Assembly (NCBI GenBank): GCA_963708135.1
Contig: OY970192.1
Coordinates: forward strand, 4,960,001-5,024,000
Reading direction: 5' to 3'
Length of the DNA stretch: 64,000 bases
From: an uncultured Gemmatimonadales bacterium
Lineage (GTDB): Bacteria; Gemmatimonadota; Gemmatimonadetes; Longimicrobiales; RSA9
Shown here: piece after piece, positions 1-10,200 of the stretch
Numbering within the stretch: the stretch's first letter is position 1
Layout of the letters: each line of letters starts with the position of its first letter
Translations under genes and position numbers: made by a program
The notes under the pieces: generated by a model
The model's database searches: none
Seen by the model: only the letters and a program-made list of their open reading frames with translations
What the model was told of the DNA's origin: nothing

Positions 1-1119
1 GGGCAGCACGCCGAAGAGGAAGCCGGCGCCGAGGGCAAGCAGGGATGCGGCGGCCACCGCCGCGGCGTCGAGGTGGACCGTGGCGATGCGCGGGGTCGCG
101 GCGGGTGCGAGCGCGCGCAGCGCGGGCACGAGCCAGGCGGCGAGGACCGTGCCGAGCGCGCCGCCGGCGACGGCCAGCACGAGCGTCTCCGCGAGCACCT
201 CGCCGGCCAGGCGGGCGCGCGATGCGCCCAGCGCGGCGCGCACGGTGAACTCGCGCGCGCGGCCCACGGAGCGGGCGAGGAAGAGGGCGGCGAGGTCGGC
301 GCAGGTGAGCAGCAGCAGGAGCGCGACGGCGGCCGCGAGCAGCACCATCGCCCTCGTCGTCGCGGAGCCGATGAGCCACGGGCGGAAGCCGACGAGACGC
401 ATGCCCCAGCCGCCGTCGCTCGCGGGATGCTCCTCTCCCATGCCGCGCGCCACCGCGGCCAGCGCGCGCGTGGCGGCCGTGGCGGAGATCCCCGGGCGCA
501 GCCGGGCGATCACCGTGAGCTCGTGATCGGTGCGGTCCGCGCCGGCGCTGGGGGCCAGGGGCAGCCACACCTCAGGCGCGCCCAGCCACGGGGCGCCCGG
601 CACCACGCCGACGACGGTCCGGCGCACGCCATCGAGCAGCAGCGTGCGGCCGACCGCGGGTCCACCGCCCAGCCGGCGCAGCGCGAAGCCGGCGGACACC
701 AGCACGGCCGAGCCCTCGTCGCCGCGCGTCAGCAGGCGGCCGGCCTCCGGGGCAAGGCCGAGCACGCGGAACCAGCCGGGCGTGGCCGCGAAACCCGTGA
801 CCCGCTCAGGCTCGGGGCCGCCGAGGAGCGTGAGCGTGCGGGACGCGCCGGCGGCCACGGCGGAGAGGGAGCGTTGCCGCGCCGCGAGGTCGAGAAAGCC
901 CGGCTCCGAGAACGGGAAAGCGTCGCCTGCGGGGGTCGTGGCCACGACGCGCACGAGCCGGTCGGGGTCGGGGAACGGCAGCGGACGCAGCACGACGCCA
1001 TCCAGGATGCAGAGCATCGCGGCCGCGGCGCCGATGCCGATCGCGAGCACCGCCACGGCGACGAGGGTGGAGAAGCGATTTCGCGATGCGGCACGCAGCG
1101 CGCGTCGGAGCGGGTCCAT
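1..1119 (-). CDS. ADOP/MacB-like ABC transporter permease (3' end runs off the window)
   Basis: Manual translation from ATG 1119: MDPLRRALRAASRNRFSTLVAVAVLAIGIGAAAAMLCILDGVVLRPLPFPDPDRLV ... RAREFTVRAALGASRARL, the typical ADOP/FtsX permease motifs. Absent from the ORF track because there is no stop in the window. Confidence 0.85.
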   Translation of the reverse strand, partial: MDPLRRALRAASRNRFSTLVAVAVLAIGIGAAAAMLCILDGVVLRPLPFPDPDRLVRVVATTPAGDAFPFSEPGFLDLAARQRSLSAVAAGASRTLTLLGGPEPERVTGFAATPGWFRVLGLAPEAGRLLTRGDEGSAVLVSAGFALRRLGGGPAVGRTLLLDGVRRTVVGVVPGAPWLGAPEVWLPLAPSAGADRTDHELTVIARLRPGISATAATRALAAVARGMGEEHPASDGGWGMRLVGFRPWLIGSATTRAMVLLAAAVALLLLLTCADLAALFLARSVGRAREFTVRAALGASRARLAGEVLAETLVLAVAGGALGTVLAAWLVPALRALAPAATPRIATVHLDAAAVAAASLLALGAGFLFGVLP

Positions 1120-1160
1120 GGGCGTGTCCAGTTGTCGGGTGGCGTGTCCGGTAGCCGGGG

Positions 1161-1176
1161 GGCAACAGGCGTGCCG
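1161..1176 (-). promoter_or_regulatory. Putative sigma54 (-24/-12) promoter
   Basis: Minus strand CGGCACGCCTGTTGCC matches GGCACG-N4-TTGC, about 40 nt upstream of the permease start. Confidence 0.6.
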
Positions 1177-1388
1177 GGTCGGTGCAGATCGGCCAACACG
1201 TTGGGGTGCTGGCGGTTGCGGCGTGAGGCGTGGCGTTGCGCGAGGCGGGGCCGTCCCACGAGCGGCCGGTGGAGCGCGCGGATCCGGACAGGCGGCGGGC
1301 GCGGCGGGGAGGAGCGGTGAGGTGGTGAGGCGGTGGGACGGCCGGCGGTATGACCGCCGGCCGTCCACCCCGAAAGGAGCCGGGAGCC

Positions 1389-2144
1389 CTAGCTCCCCTT
1401 CGATCCGCTCTTGCCCTCGTCCTTCTTGCCGTCCGGAGTGATCAGGTACCAGGTGCCGAACTGGTCGTGGATCTCCGCCTTGGTGGGCGGGGCGGCGTTC
1501 GTCGCGGACGTGCCGGTGGCGTAGCCGGGATTGCCGGCGGTGCCGTTCGGGTTCGTCGCGGCGGAGGTAGCGTTCGCACCGGTCGCATTGGCGGTTCCGG
1601 CGGCCGCGCCGCTGGCGTGGAAGTAGAGCGGGTGGCCGTTGTAGGTGGCCTGCATGGTGCCATCGGCGCGCTGGAGCGTGCTGAGCTTCGACTGGTCCAG
1701 CTGGCCCGTCGCCTTGCCGGTGGCGTCACTCGGGTTGCTCGCTTCCGGCGTGCCGGTGGCGGGTTGGGTGGCGCCGTTCATGGCCTCCCCGCTGCCGAGC
1801 GTCGGCTGGCCGACCACCAGCACCGGGGCCCAGGCGTTCAGGCAGGGACCCGTGCACTCGGACTTCGTGGGCGTGTCCTTCTCCAGGATCCAGAGCGCCT
1901 GGCCGTTGCCGTCCGTGACGAAGGTTCCGACCCCGGGCGCGGTGCTGACCTGGAGCGTGACGGCGCCCGGCTGGCCGGGCATCGCCTGGGTGGGGGCCGC
2001 CGGCATGGCGGCGGTGGACTCGGCCGGCGCGGGCGTCGCGGCGGGCGCAGCGGCCTCGTTGTTGACGGTCTCGTTCCGGCGGCAGCCGACCAGGGCCGTC
2101 GCGGCACAGAGCACGCCCAGCGTGGTCTTCAACGTACGGTGCAT
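1389..2144 (-). CDS. Secreted lipoprotein, COG4315 / Lipoprotein_15-like repeats
   Basis: GGAGG RBS, lipobox LVGC, motifs DGNGQALW..KD, CTGPCLNAWAP, QATYNGHPLYF, GTWYLI. Confidence 0.8.
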   Translation of the reverse strand: MHRTLKTTLGVLCAATALVGCRRNETVNNEAAAPAATPAPAESTAAMPAAPTQAMPGQPGAVTLQVSTAPGVGTFVTDGNGQALWILEKDTPTKSECTGPCLNAWAPVLVVGQPTLGSGEAMNGATQPATGTPEASNPSDATGKATGQLDQSKLSTLQRADGTMQATYNGHPLYFHASGAAAGTANATGANATSAATNPNGTAGNPGYATGTSATNAAPPTKAEIHDQFGTWYLITPDGKKDEGKSGSKGS

Positions 2145-2311
2145 TGTCGTGCCTCCTGCTCGGTCGTGTTTTGTGCGGACATCGCGCCGGGGTTTGCTCG
2201 CAAGACCCGTGCACGCAAAACGTTGGACAGCCGCCTCCGGGCGCGTTAAGGTGGGGGCGCGCACCCGGCCGCCCGGCCGGGGCGGCGCCCCCAGACACCC
2301 GGAGATCTCCC

Positions 2312-5278
2312 ATGTCCTTCGTGCTCCCGCGGCGACGCGGCACGCCCACGCTCCCGCTCCGCGCGGCTGGCCGCGGTGCGGCGGCGGCCGGCGGCCGCGG
2401 CGTCGCCTGCCGACTGCTGCTCGCGCTGGCGATCCTCGGCCCCGCGGCGAGTCCCGCGCGCGCGCAGGAAAAGGCGGCGGCGGTCCAGGCGCAGGACCAG
2501 GACTACGGCCGCCTCATCGCGCGCTACCTCCAGGACCCGCGCGTCACCACCGACCTGGTGGACCACCTGCCCGCCTCGGCCACGGTTGCCACGCCGCTCC
2601 AGTTCTTCCGCTCGATGCCGGGCGAGCCGGGCGAGCTGCGCTACGCGAAGGACATCCACCGCTACTTCGCGGCGCTGGCCCAGTCGTCGCCGCGGGCGAA
2701 GTACTGGCCGATCGGGAAGACGGAGGAGGGGCGGGAGCAGGTGATCCTGGCGATCGGCGACTCGGGCTCGATCGCGGGGCTGGATGGGGACGCGGCGATG
2801 CTGGCGGCGCTGACGGACCCGCGGCGCACCACGGAGGCGGAGGCGGCGCGGCTGGTCCACGAGGCGAAGCCGATCTACTGGATCACGAGCGGGATCCACT
2901 CGCCGGAGACGGGCGGGCCGGAGATGCTGACGGAGCTGGCCTACCGGCTGATCGTGGAGGAGACGCCGTTCGTGCAGGCGATCCGGAAGGGGGTGATCGT
3001 CTTCATCACGCCGGTGGTGGAGGTGGACGGGCGGGAGAAGGAGGTGGACACGTACTACTACGGCAAGAAGACGGGGAAGCGGCGGCCGCCGCTCGTGTAC
3101 TGGGGGAAGTACGTTCAGCACGACAACAACCGGGACGGCATGGGGCAATTCCTGGCGCTGACGCAGAACATCACGAAGAGCTTCCTCGCGTGGCACCCGA
3201 CGTTCCTGCACGACCTGCACGAGGCGCAGTCGTACCTGTACGTGTCGACGGGGACGGGCCCGTACAATCCGGCGCTGGACCCGATCGCGACGGACGAGTG
3301 GTGGCTGCTGGCGGAGACGGAAGTGATGGAGATGGCGAAACGGGGAGTGCCGGGCGTGTTCACCTACGGCTTCTACGATGGCTGGGTGCCGAACTACCTC
3401 TTCTGGATCGCGAACACGCACAACTCGTTCGGCCGCTTCTACGAGGTGCAGTCGTACGGCCCGGACACGCTGACGCTGCGTCTGCCGGCTACGGCGACGA
3501 GCCGGGAGTGGTACCGGGGCAACCCGCCGCTGCCGTCGATCCACTGGGGCCCGCGCAACAACGTGAACATCCAGGAGTCGGCGCTGCTGATCGCGCTGCA
3601 CAAGGTGGCCGAGGACCGGGAGCTTTACCTGGAGAACTACTGGCTGAAGAACCGGCGCTCGGTCGAGCGGGGGCGCACGGAGGCGCCGTACGCGTGGGTG
3701 GTGCCGGCGTCGCAGCGGCGGAAGGTGGAGGCGGCGGATTTCGTGAACGCGCTGCGCCGGCAGGGGGTCGAGATCCAGCAGGCGACGAGCGCCGGCAGCT
3801 TCGCGGGGGTGGCCGTCGCACCGGGGGACTACGTGATCCGGGCGGACCAGCCGTACCGCACGCTGGTGGACATGTACCTGAGCGTGCAGGACTACTCGCC
3901 GGCGAACCCGCTGCCCTACGATGACACGGGCTGGACGATGCAGCTCATGCGGGACGTGATCGTGCACCCGGTGGCGGACGCCGCGATCCTGTCCGCGGGC
4001 ATGCAGCCGCTGGCGGAGGCCGCGAAGGTGGCCGGCACCGTCACGGGCGCCGGCCCGGTGCTCGTGGTGGACCACACCACGGACAACACGCTGGTGACGT
4101 TCCGCTTCCGGAACGCGGGCGTGCGGATGCTCGCGGCGGAGCGGGACTTCGACCTGGCGGGGCACCATTTCCGGGCGGGCGCCTTCATCATCCCGGCGGC
4201 GGCGCGCGCGAAGCTGGAGGCGTCGATCCGCGAGCTGGGGCTCTCGGCGTGGGCCGTGGCCGCGGCGCCCGACGTGCCGGCGCACGCGCTCGAGGTGCCG
4301 CGCATCGGCTACGTGCACAGCTGGGTGCGCACGCAGGACGAGGGGTGGGTGCGCGCCGCGCTCGACCACTACGGCGTGCCGTACCACTATTTCGCCGACA
4401 CGAAGCTGCGCGAGGGGCACCTGCGCGCGAAGTACGACGTCATCATCTACCCCCACGTGAGCGGCTCGACGCAGTCGATGCTGAACGGGCTGCCGGAGAC
4501 GGGCGAGCCGGTCCCGTACCGGCGGACGGCGCTCACGCCCAACCTGGGCACGCCGGACTCGAGCGCCGACATCCGCGGCGGGATGGGGCTGGACGGGCTG
4601 CTCGAGCTGGCCCGCTTCGTCGAGCAGGGCGGCACGCTCATCACGGAGGGCGCCACGGCGACCCTCTTCCCCGAGTTCGGCATCACCAGCGGCGTGAGCG
4701 TCGAGCACCCGGAGGGGCTGTTCGTGCGCGGCTCGATCCTGCGCGGCGTGATCTCCGACCGGACCAGTCCGATCGCCTACGGGTACGACGGCGGGCAGCT
4801 CCCGGTGTACTTCAACCAGGACCCGGTGCTCGAGGCGGGCGGCGGCGCGGCGACGTTCCTGTCCGGCCGTGCCGAGGCGATGCCCGGCGTGGGCGTGAAC
4901 ATCACGCCGAACGCGCGCGCGGTGAACCACCTCTCGCCGTGGGACAGCGCGGCGGCGAGGCCGGCGCCGCGCGGACCCTCGGCGGACGACGCGGCCGCGT
5001 TCCGCTCGATGATGCGCCGCTACGGCCTCGTGCCCGCGACGCCGCCGCGCGTCGTGATGCGCTTCCCGCGCGACCCCGACGACATGCTGCTCTCGGGAAC
5101 GCTGGTAGGCGGGCAGGCGCTGTCGAACCGCGCCCTCGCCGTGGACGCGCCGCTGGGGCAGGGGCACGTGGTCATGTTCGCGCTGCGGCCGTTCTGGCGC
5201 TGGCAGACGCAGGGGACGTATTTCCTGGCGTTCAACGCGATCCTGAACTGGAACCATCTTTCCGCGGGCGGAAAGTGA
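2312..5278 (+). CDS. M14-family zinc carboxypeptidase (secreted)
   Basis: Signal peptide; zinc/active-site motifs GIHSPE, DNNRD, DLHE. Confidence 0.85.
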   Translation: MSFVLPRRRGTPTLPLRAAGRGAAAAGGRGVACRLLLALAILGPAASPARAQEKAAAVQAQDQDYGRLIARYLQDPRVTTDLVDHLPASATVATPLQFFRSMPGEPGELRYAKDIHRYFAALAQSSPRAKYWPIGKTEEGREQVILAIGDSGSIAGLDGDAAMLAALTDPRRTTEAEAARLVHEAKPIYWITSGIHSPETGGPEMLTELAYRLIVEETPFVQAIRKGVIVFITPVVEVDGREKEVDTYYYGKKTGKRRPPLVYWGKYVQHDNNRDGMGQFLALTQNITKSFLAWHPTFLHDLHEAQSYLYVSTGTGPYNPALDPIATDEWWLLAETEVMEMAKRGVPGVFTYGFYDGWVPNYLFWIANTHNSFGRFYEVQSYGPDTLTLRLPATATSREWYRGNPPLPSIHWGPRNNVNIQESALLIALHKVAEDRELYLENYWLKNRRSVERGRTEAPYAWVVPASQRRKVEAADFVNALRRQGVEIQQATSAGSFAGVAVAPGDYVIRADQPYRTLVDMYLSVQDYSPANPLPYDDTGWTMQLMRDVIVHPVADAAILSAGMQPLAEAAKVAGTVTGAGPVLVVDHTTDNTLVTFRFRNAGVRMLAAERDFDLAGHHFRAGAFIIPAAARAKLEASIRELGLSAWAVAAAPDVPAHALEVPRIGYVHSWVRTQDEGWVRAALDHYGVPYHYFADTKLREGHLRAKYDVIIYPHVSGSTQSMLNGLPETGEPVPYRRTALTPNLGTPDSSADIRGGMGLDGLLELARFVEQGGTLITEGATATLFPEFGITSGVSVEHPEGLFVRGSILRGVISDRTSPIAYGYDGGQLPVYFNQDPVLEAGGGAATFLSGRAEAMPGVGVNITPNARAVNHLSPWDSAAARPAPRGPSADDAAAFRSMMRRYGLVPATPPRVVMRFPRDPDDMLLSGTLVGGQALSNRALAVDAPLGQGHVVMFALRPFWRWQTQGTYFLAFNAILNWNHLSAGGK

Positions 5279-5374
5279 AGTAGATAAGGGGAGGCGGGAT
5301 GCGGGGTTCGAGCCTCGGGGCTCGAGGCTCGGGGCGCGGCCGGGGGCTCGGGGAAGAATCTGGAGGCCAGAGAG

Positions 5375-6631
5375 ATGAAGAGAAGGGTGCAGATGATCGC
5401 GGGGGTGGTGGTCGTGGCCGGCCTGGCGTTGGTCGGGATCGCGATCCGCGGGCGCGGGGCGGCGGCACCGGCGGCGCAGGATCTGGTGGTGCGGACGGCG
5501 GTGGTGCACCGAGCACCGCTGGACGTGCAGGCGGAGGCGGCCGGGACGGTCGAGCCGAGCGACACGGTGGGGGTGAAGTCGCGCGCATCGGGGGAGATCC
5601 TGGAGCTGTACGCGGACGTGGGCGACCGGGTCAAGCGCGGGACGCTGCTCGCGAAGATCGATCCGCGCGACGTGAAGAACGCGCTGGCGCAGGCGCAGGC
5701 GAACCTGGCCGTGGCGGAGGCGCAGCTCGCGGCCGACACCGCGCAGCTGCGGCGGGCAGCGGTGCTGCTCAAGTCGAACGTGATGACGAAGCAGGAGTAC
5801 GAGCAGGCGCGGCTCACGGCGGCGCAGGGCGAGTCGGGCCTGGTGAAGGCACGCACGAACCTGGAGCTCGCGCGCAAGAACATGGCGGACGTGGAGATCG
5901 CGGCGCCGATCGACGGCACGATCATCCAGCGGCCGGTGGCACCGGGGCAGATCATCGCGTCGGCGTCGCAGACGCCGTCGGGCGGCACGCTGCTCTTCGA
6001 GATGGCGGACCTGGCGCGCATGCAGGTCCGGGCGATGGTCGACGAGACGGACGTCGGGCAGGTGCGGCCGGGACAGCAGGCGCAGGTGATGGTCGAGTCC
6101 TACCCCGGCCGGAGCTTCCCGGGCGTGGTCGAGAAGATCGAGCCGCAGGCGGTGGTGGACCAGAGCGTCACGATGTTCCCGGTGGTGATCGGGCTGGAGA
6201 ACCGCGACCGGATGCTCAGGCCGGGGATGAACGCGGACGTGCAGATCCAGGTGCAGGCGCGGCGGGAGGCGCTCGTGCTGCCGAGCGACGCCGTGGTGGA
6301 CCCGACCGACGCCGAGGACCTGGCCAGGCCGCTCGGGAAGCAGGCGGCCGACGTGGTGAGCGCCGCGCTCGCCGCCCGCGACTCGGTCGCGGCGGGTGCC
6401 GGCAAGCTCGCGCGCCCCGGCCTCGTGTTCGTGGCGACGGGCAGCCGGATCGAGCCGCGCACCGTGGTGCTCGGCGCCGAGGACTGGCAGAGCACGGAGG
6501 TGCTGAGCGGACTCGAGGAGGGCGAGCACGTGGTGCTGACCTCCTCCCTCCGGCGCGTCGAGCAGGCGCAGCGCGTGGCGGCCATGGAGGGAGGGAAGCC
6601 CCGGGCGATCGTGGCGGCGGAGCCGGAGTAG
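5375..6631 (+). CDS. Efflux periplasmic adaptor (MFP, MacA-like)
   Basis: N-terminal TM helix; VKSRASGEI..VGDRVKRG, IAAPIDGTI, VDETDVGQV, LRPGMNA, VLSGLEEGE. Confidence 0.85.
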   Translation: MKRRVQMIAGVVVVAGLALVGIAIRGRGAAAPAAQDLVVRTAVVHRAPLDVQAEAAGTVEPSDTVGVKSRASGEILELYADVGDRVKRGTLLAKIDPRDVKNALAQAQANLAVAEAQLAADTAQLRRAAVLLKSNVMTKQEYEQARLTAAQGESGLVKARTNLELARKNMADVEIAAPIDGTIIQRPVAPGQIIASASQTPSGGTLLFEMADLARMQVRAMVDETDVGQVRPGQQAQVMVESYPGRSFPGVVEKIEPQAVVDQSVTMFPVVIGLENRDRMLRPGMNADVQIQVQARREALVLPSDAVVDPTDAEDLARPLGKQAADVVSAALAARDSVAAGAGKLARPGLVFVATGSRIEPRTVVLGAEDWQSTEVLSGLEEGEHVVLTSSLRRVEQAQRVAAMEGGKPRAIVAAEPE

Positions 6632-6667
6632 CTCGGCGCGCGGCTACTCGCGCGCCGCTCGAACGCC

Positions 6668-7102
6668 CTACTCCCGGGTCAGGACGATGTCGATGGCGAC
6701 GTCGTTGAAGGTGGCGGTGCCGGAGAGGCCGTCGCCGTCGAAGGTGAAGGTCATGTCGCGGACGAACGTGTCCGCCTCCTGCTGGAACTCCACGGTCTGG
6801 CCATCGACGGTGAAGGTGCCGGCGAGGTTCGCGCTCAGGTCCGCTCCGTTCTCGCCGCCGGCCGGCACGAAGAGGGCGCCTCCCGTGGTTCCGTCCGCGT
6901 TCAGCGTCAGGGTCATGCTGGCGCCGGCCTGCACCTGGTCGGTGGTCACGCCGCCGACCGTCGTGTTGAGCTGCGTCAGCGTGTAGGTCCCCGCCAGGTC
7001 GGCGGCCGACGGGCCGGTCGGCCCGTCCTTGCCGCAGCCGGCCACTGCGGCGAGGGCGAGGAGCAGGGGAATCGAGGCGGGGTGGCGCATGCTGCGGTGC
7101 AT
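6668..7102 (-). CDS. Hypothetical lipoprotein
   Basis: GGAGG before ATG 7102, lipobox VAGC, beta-rich mature part; start could be 7090. Confidence 0.7.
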   Translation of the reverse strand: MHRSMRHPASIPLLLALAAVAGCGKDGPTGPSAADLAGTYTLTQLNTTVGGVTTDQVQAGASMTLTLNADGTTGGALFVPAGGENGADLSANLAGTFTVDGQTVEFQQEADTFVRDMTFTFDGDGLSGTATFNDVAIDIVLTRE

Positions 7103-7219
7103 CGGTCCTCCATTGCCGCTGGAATCCATTTCTCCCAACCTGGGCCGTGCCGTCCGGTCCCGGCAACCCGGACTCTCCGCGCCTCGGCGCTCCTCCGCGC
7201 GGAGTCCGCGCGGGCCGCC

Positions 7220-10200
7220 TCAGAACCTCCGCGTCCAGAACAGGAACGTGCCGAAGGTGCGGTCACGGGTGGGGGGCTGGAGGGTCAGCGAGGGCACGCT
7301 GGGCAGGTACGTCGGCTGCCAGGTGGTCTCCCAGGAGAAGTTGCCGGGGGTGCGGTACTCGACCCGGAATCCGGGCCAGTTGCCCGAGATGCGGTCCTGG
7401 ATGGCGACGTAGAGCCGGCGGCTCATGTACTTGCCGGCTTCGATCTCGGTGCCGCGGAGGAAGTTCTGGAAGTAGCCGTTGAAGGTCAGCTCGGCGGGCA
7501 GCGAGGCGGGGTGGATGCGCAGCACGTCGAGGCCGCCGCGGGTGCCGCTCCTCTCGATGCTGGAGATCTCGCTGTCCATGAAGGAACCGAGCGCGAGCCC
7601 GGCGAGCTGCTGCTCGGCGAGGGCAGGGAGGCCGTCGAGGCCGCCGGCGCCGCCGGTCAGGTTGGTGCCCTGCAGGTTGAGCAGGGAGGATGAGGTCCGG
7701 CCGAAGGCGAGATAGCTGATGAGGTCGCTCTGGGAGAGCGGCGGTTGGGAGTTGCTCTCGAGCGAGACGGCCGGCTGGCGCATGGTGCCGAGCACGTGGA
7801 TCTGAATGACCAGCGTCTCGCGGTCCTGGCGCGGCACGTCGTACTCGCCGTTCAGCTGCAGCATCGGGTCGACCTCCGGCCGGCCGAGGAAGGTCACGGC
7901 GCCCGTGTTCAGCCGGAAGAGCCGGCCCGCGAAGCTGTATTCGCCGCGGTCCGCGTTGACCACGCCGCGCAGCGTCAGGGTCTGCTGCGCGCGGTCCATG
8001 TGGATGCGCAACGCCTGGACCTCGGGGGCCGTGTAGATCTCGACGTTGCCGTTGGTATTCCGCACCCACGTGTTGCGGGCGATGGTCACGCCCACGTCAA
8101 CCGTCATGTTCTGGAGGAACGGGTTCGGGGGCGGCAGGATGTCGGGCGTGAGGCTGGCGGTGTCGAGCGCCTGCGCGAGCGCGGGGTTCTCGAGGTTGGT
8201 GATGCGACGCCGGTTCGTCGGCTCCGGCGCGTACATCACGCCGCTCGTGACGTGGGCCGTGCCGGTGACGCGGGCGGCGCGGTAGTGGCCGCTCAGCTTC
8301 ATATCGGCGTCCGCCGTGATGCGGCCGTACTGGTTGTCGAGGATTACGGCGTTCGTGGCGTGCCCGGTCAGGTCGAGCGCGGGGTTCGAGAGCTCCGAGA
8401 GGCCGATCGCGCCGGCCGCGCGGACGGTGCCGCCGGCGCTCCTGGCGACGAGTGAGTCCACGTGCGCGGAGTCGCCGCGGAGCTGCACGGCGCCGGTGAC
8501 CTGGCGCAGCCCTACGCCGATGGAGGGCACGTCGAGCGAGCCGAGGTCGAGCTTCACGAGACCGCGCGTGACGGGCGCCTTCCACGTCCCGGTCACGTCC
8601 ACGTTGCCGGCCAGGCGCCCCTGCACGTTCGTCACCGCGGTCGTGAGCCGCGAGAGCAGGCTGGCCGGGAACGAGTCCGCGGTGAGGGCCACGGAGAGCG
8701 GCCGCGCGAGCAGGCGCGACCCCTTCACGCTGGTGAGCGAGAGGTCGATCGGCAGCCGGGCGTCGATGCTGGCGAGCGTGTCCGCCGGCACCGGCGGTGC
8801 GAGCGCCGGGCCGGCGACGGCGCCCGCCTGCGGCGTCCGGCCGGCGACGAGCGGCGCGACCGGCGTGGCCGCGGTGGTGTCGGCGCGCAGGAGCGTCGCG
8901 TGCGCGGTCAGCTCGGTGCCCGCGTAGGCAAAGCCGGCGTTCAGGCGGGGCACGGTGATCGTGCCCCAGCCGCCGTGGAGCAGCGAGGCGGTGCCGCTGA
9001 AGCGCGGAGCGGCGCGCGGGCCGACGAGGCGGGCGTGGAGCGAGAGCAGCCCCGTCACCCGGGCGGTGTCCTGGAGCAGCGCCGCGAGCTGGCCGATGCC
9101 GAGGCTGTCCACGTCGAGGCGGAGGTCCGCGGGTCCGTTGACGGGCACCCTGCCGTTCAGCATGAAGCGGCCGCCCTGGCTGCTGGCGAGGGAGAGGCTG
9201 TCCACGGCGATCCCGGCGCCGCTCCAGTCCACGATGCCCGGGCGGGTGGAGCGCCAGGTGACGGTGTCGAAGCGGAGCGCGAGCCGGTTCAGCCGGACGT
9301 GGTTCCGGTCGAGCGCCAGCGTGAACTCGGAGCTCAGCCGATAGTCCACCGTCGTGCCCTGGTAGAGCTCGACGTCCGCGCTGCCGTTCCCCTCCCGGAT
9401 CTTCCCCGTGTAGGCCACGCGCGCGTAGGCGCTGTCGAAGACGAAGCCGGCGGTCCGCAGCGTGTCCGCCGCGGCCGTGACACGGACCGTGGGCGACGGC
9501 GTGCCGTAGTCCTCGAGCGTGTAGGTGGCCGCGGCGTGCGCGATGGCGTTGCCGGCGGCGACCACGTGGTCCGCCGTGGCGCTGCCGCGCGTCGAGAAGC
9601 GGTGGACGTTGCCGGTGAGGGTCCCGACGGCGCGCACCGAGCCGGCGACGGAATCCACGGGCAGCGGCGGCACGGTGTCGATGTGGAGCGCCGGCGCCGG
9701 CGGGTAGCCGACGGCGAGCCGCTGGACCTCGGTGGCCCGGGCGAGGCGCGTGGAGTCGGCGCGTGCCCGGGCGATGGCGCGCTCCTGGAGGAGCGGGCGG
9801 GGCGGGAATGCGGTCGTGTCGGACGGGATGGCGGAGCGGAACGCGCCGAGCGAGTCGAGCTGCACGTCGTAGCGGAGCGTCCCGCTGCGCGCGGCCACGA
9901 GCCCGAAGCTGCCGTTCACGTCCGCGGCGACGGTGTTCATCCGCACGTGCCCGCGCTGGAAGGTGGCGAGCCCATCGTTGAGGCCGACGAGGAGCCGCGT
10001 CGTGTCGAGCTGCTGCCCCTTCACGGCCAGGTCCACCAGGTCGGCGCGGACCGTGGCGTTCATGGTGGCGAGCGTCGTTCCGTGGCCCACGGCCGAGGCC
10101 GTGCCGTTGAGCCTGGTGCGCGGCGCGCGCGTGGATGCCGCGCCGGCATCGAAGCGGTCGAAGCGGGCGCTCAGGTCGTAGGCCTTCGGCGTGCCGCGCA

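Noticed and set aside
2246..6529. Very long antisense/alternate-frame ORFs (e.g. 2246-6529, 8097-11870, 29026-32472)
   Set aside because: Arg/Ala/Pro-rich shadow ORFs expected at very high GC, overlapping well-supported genes.
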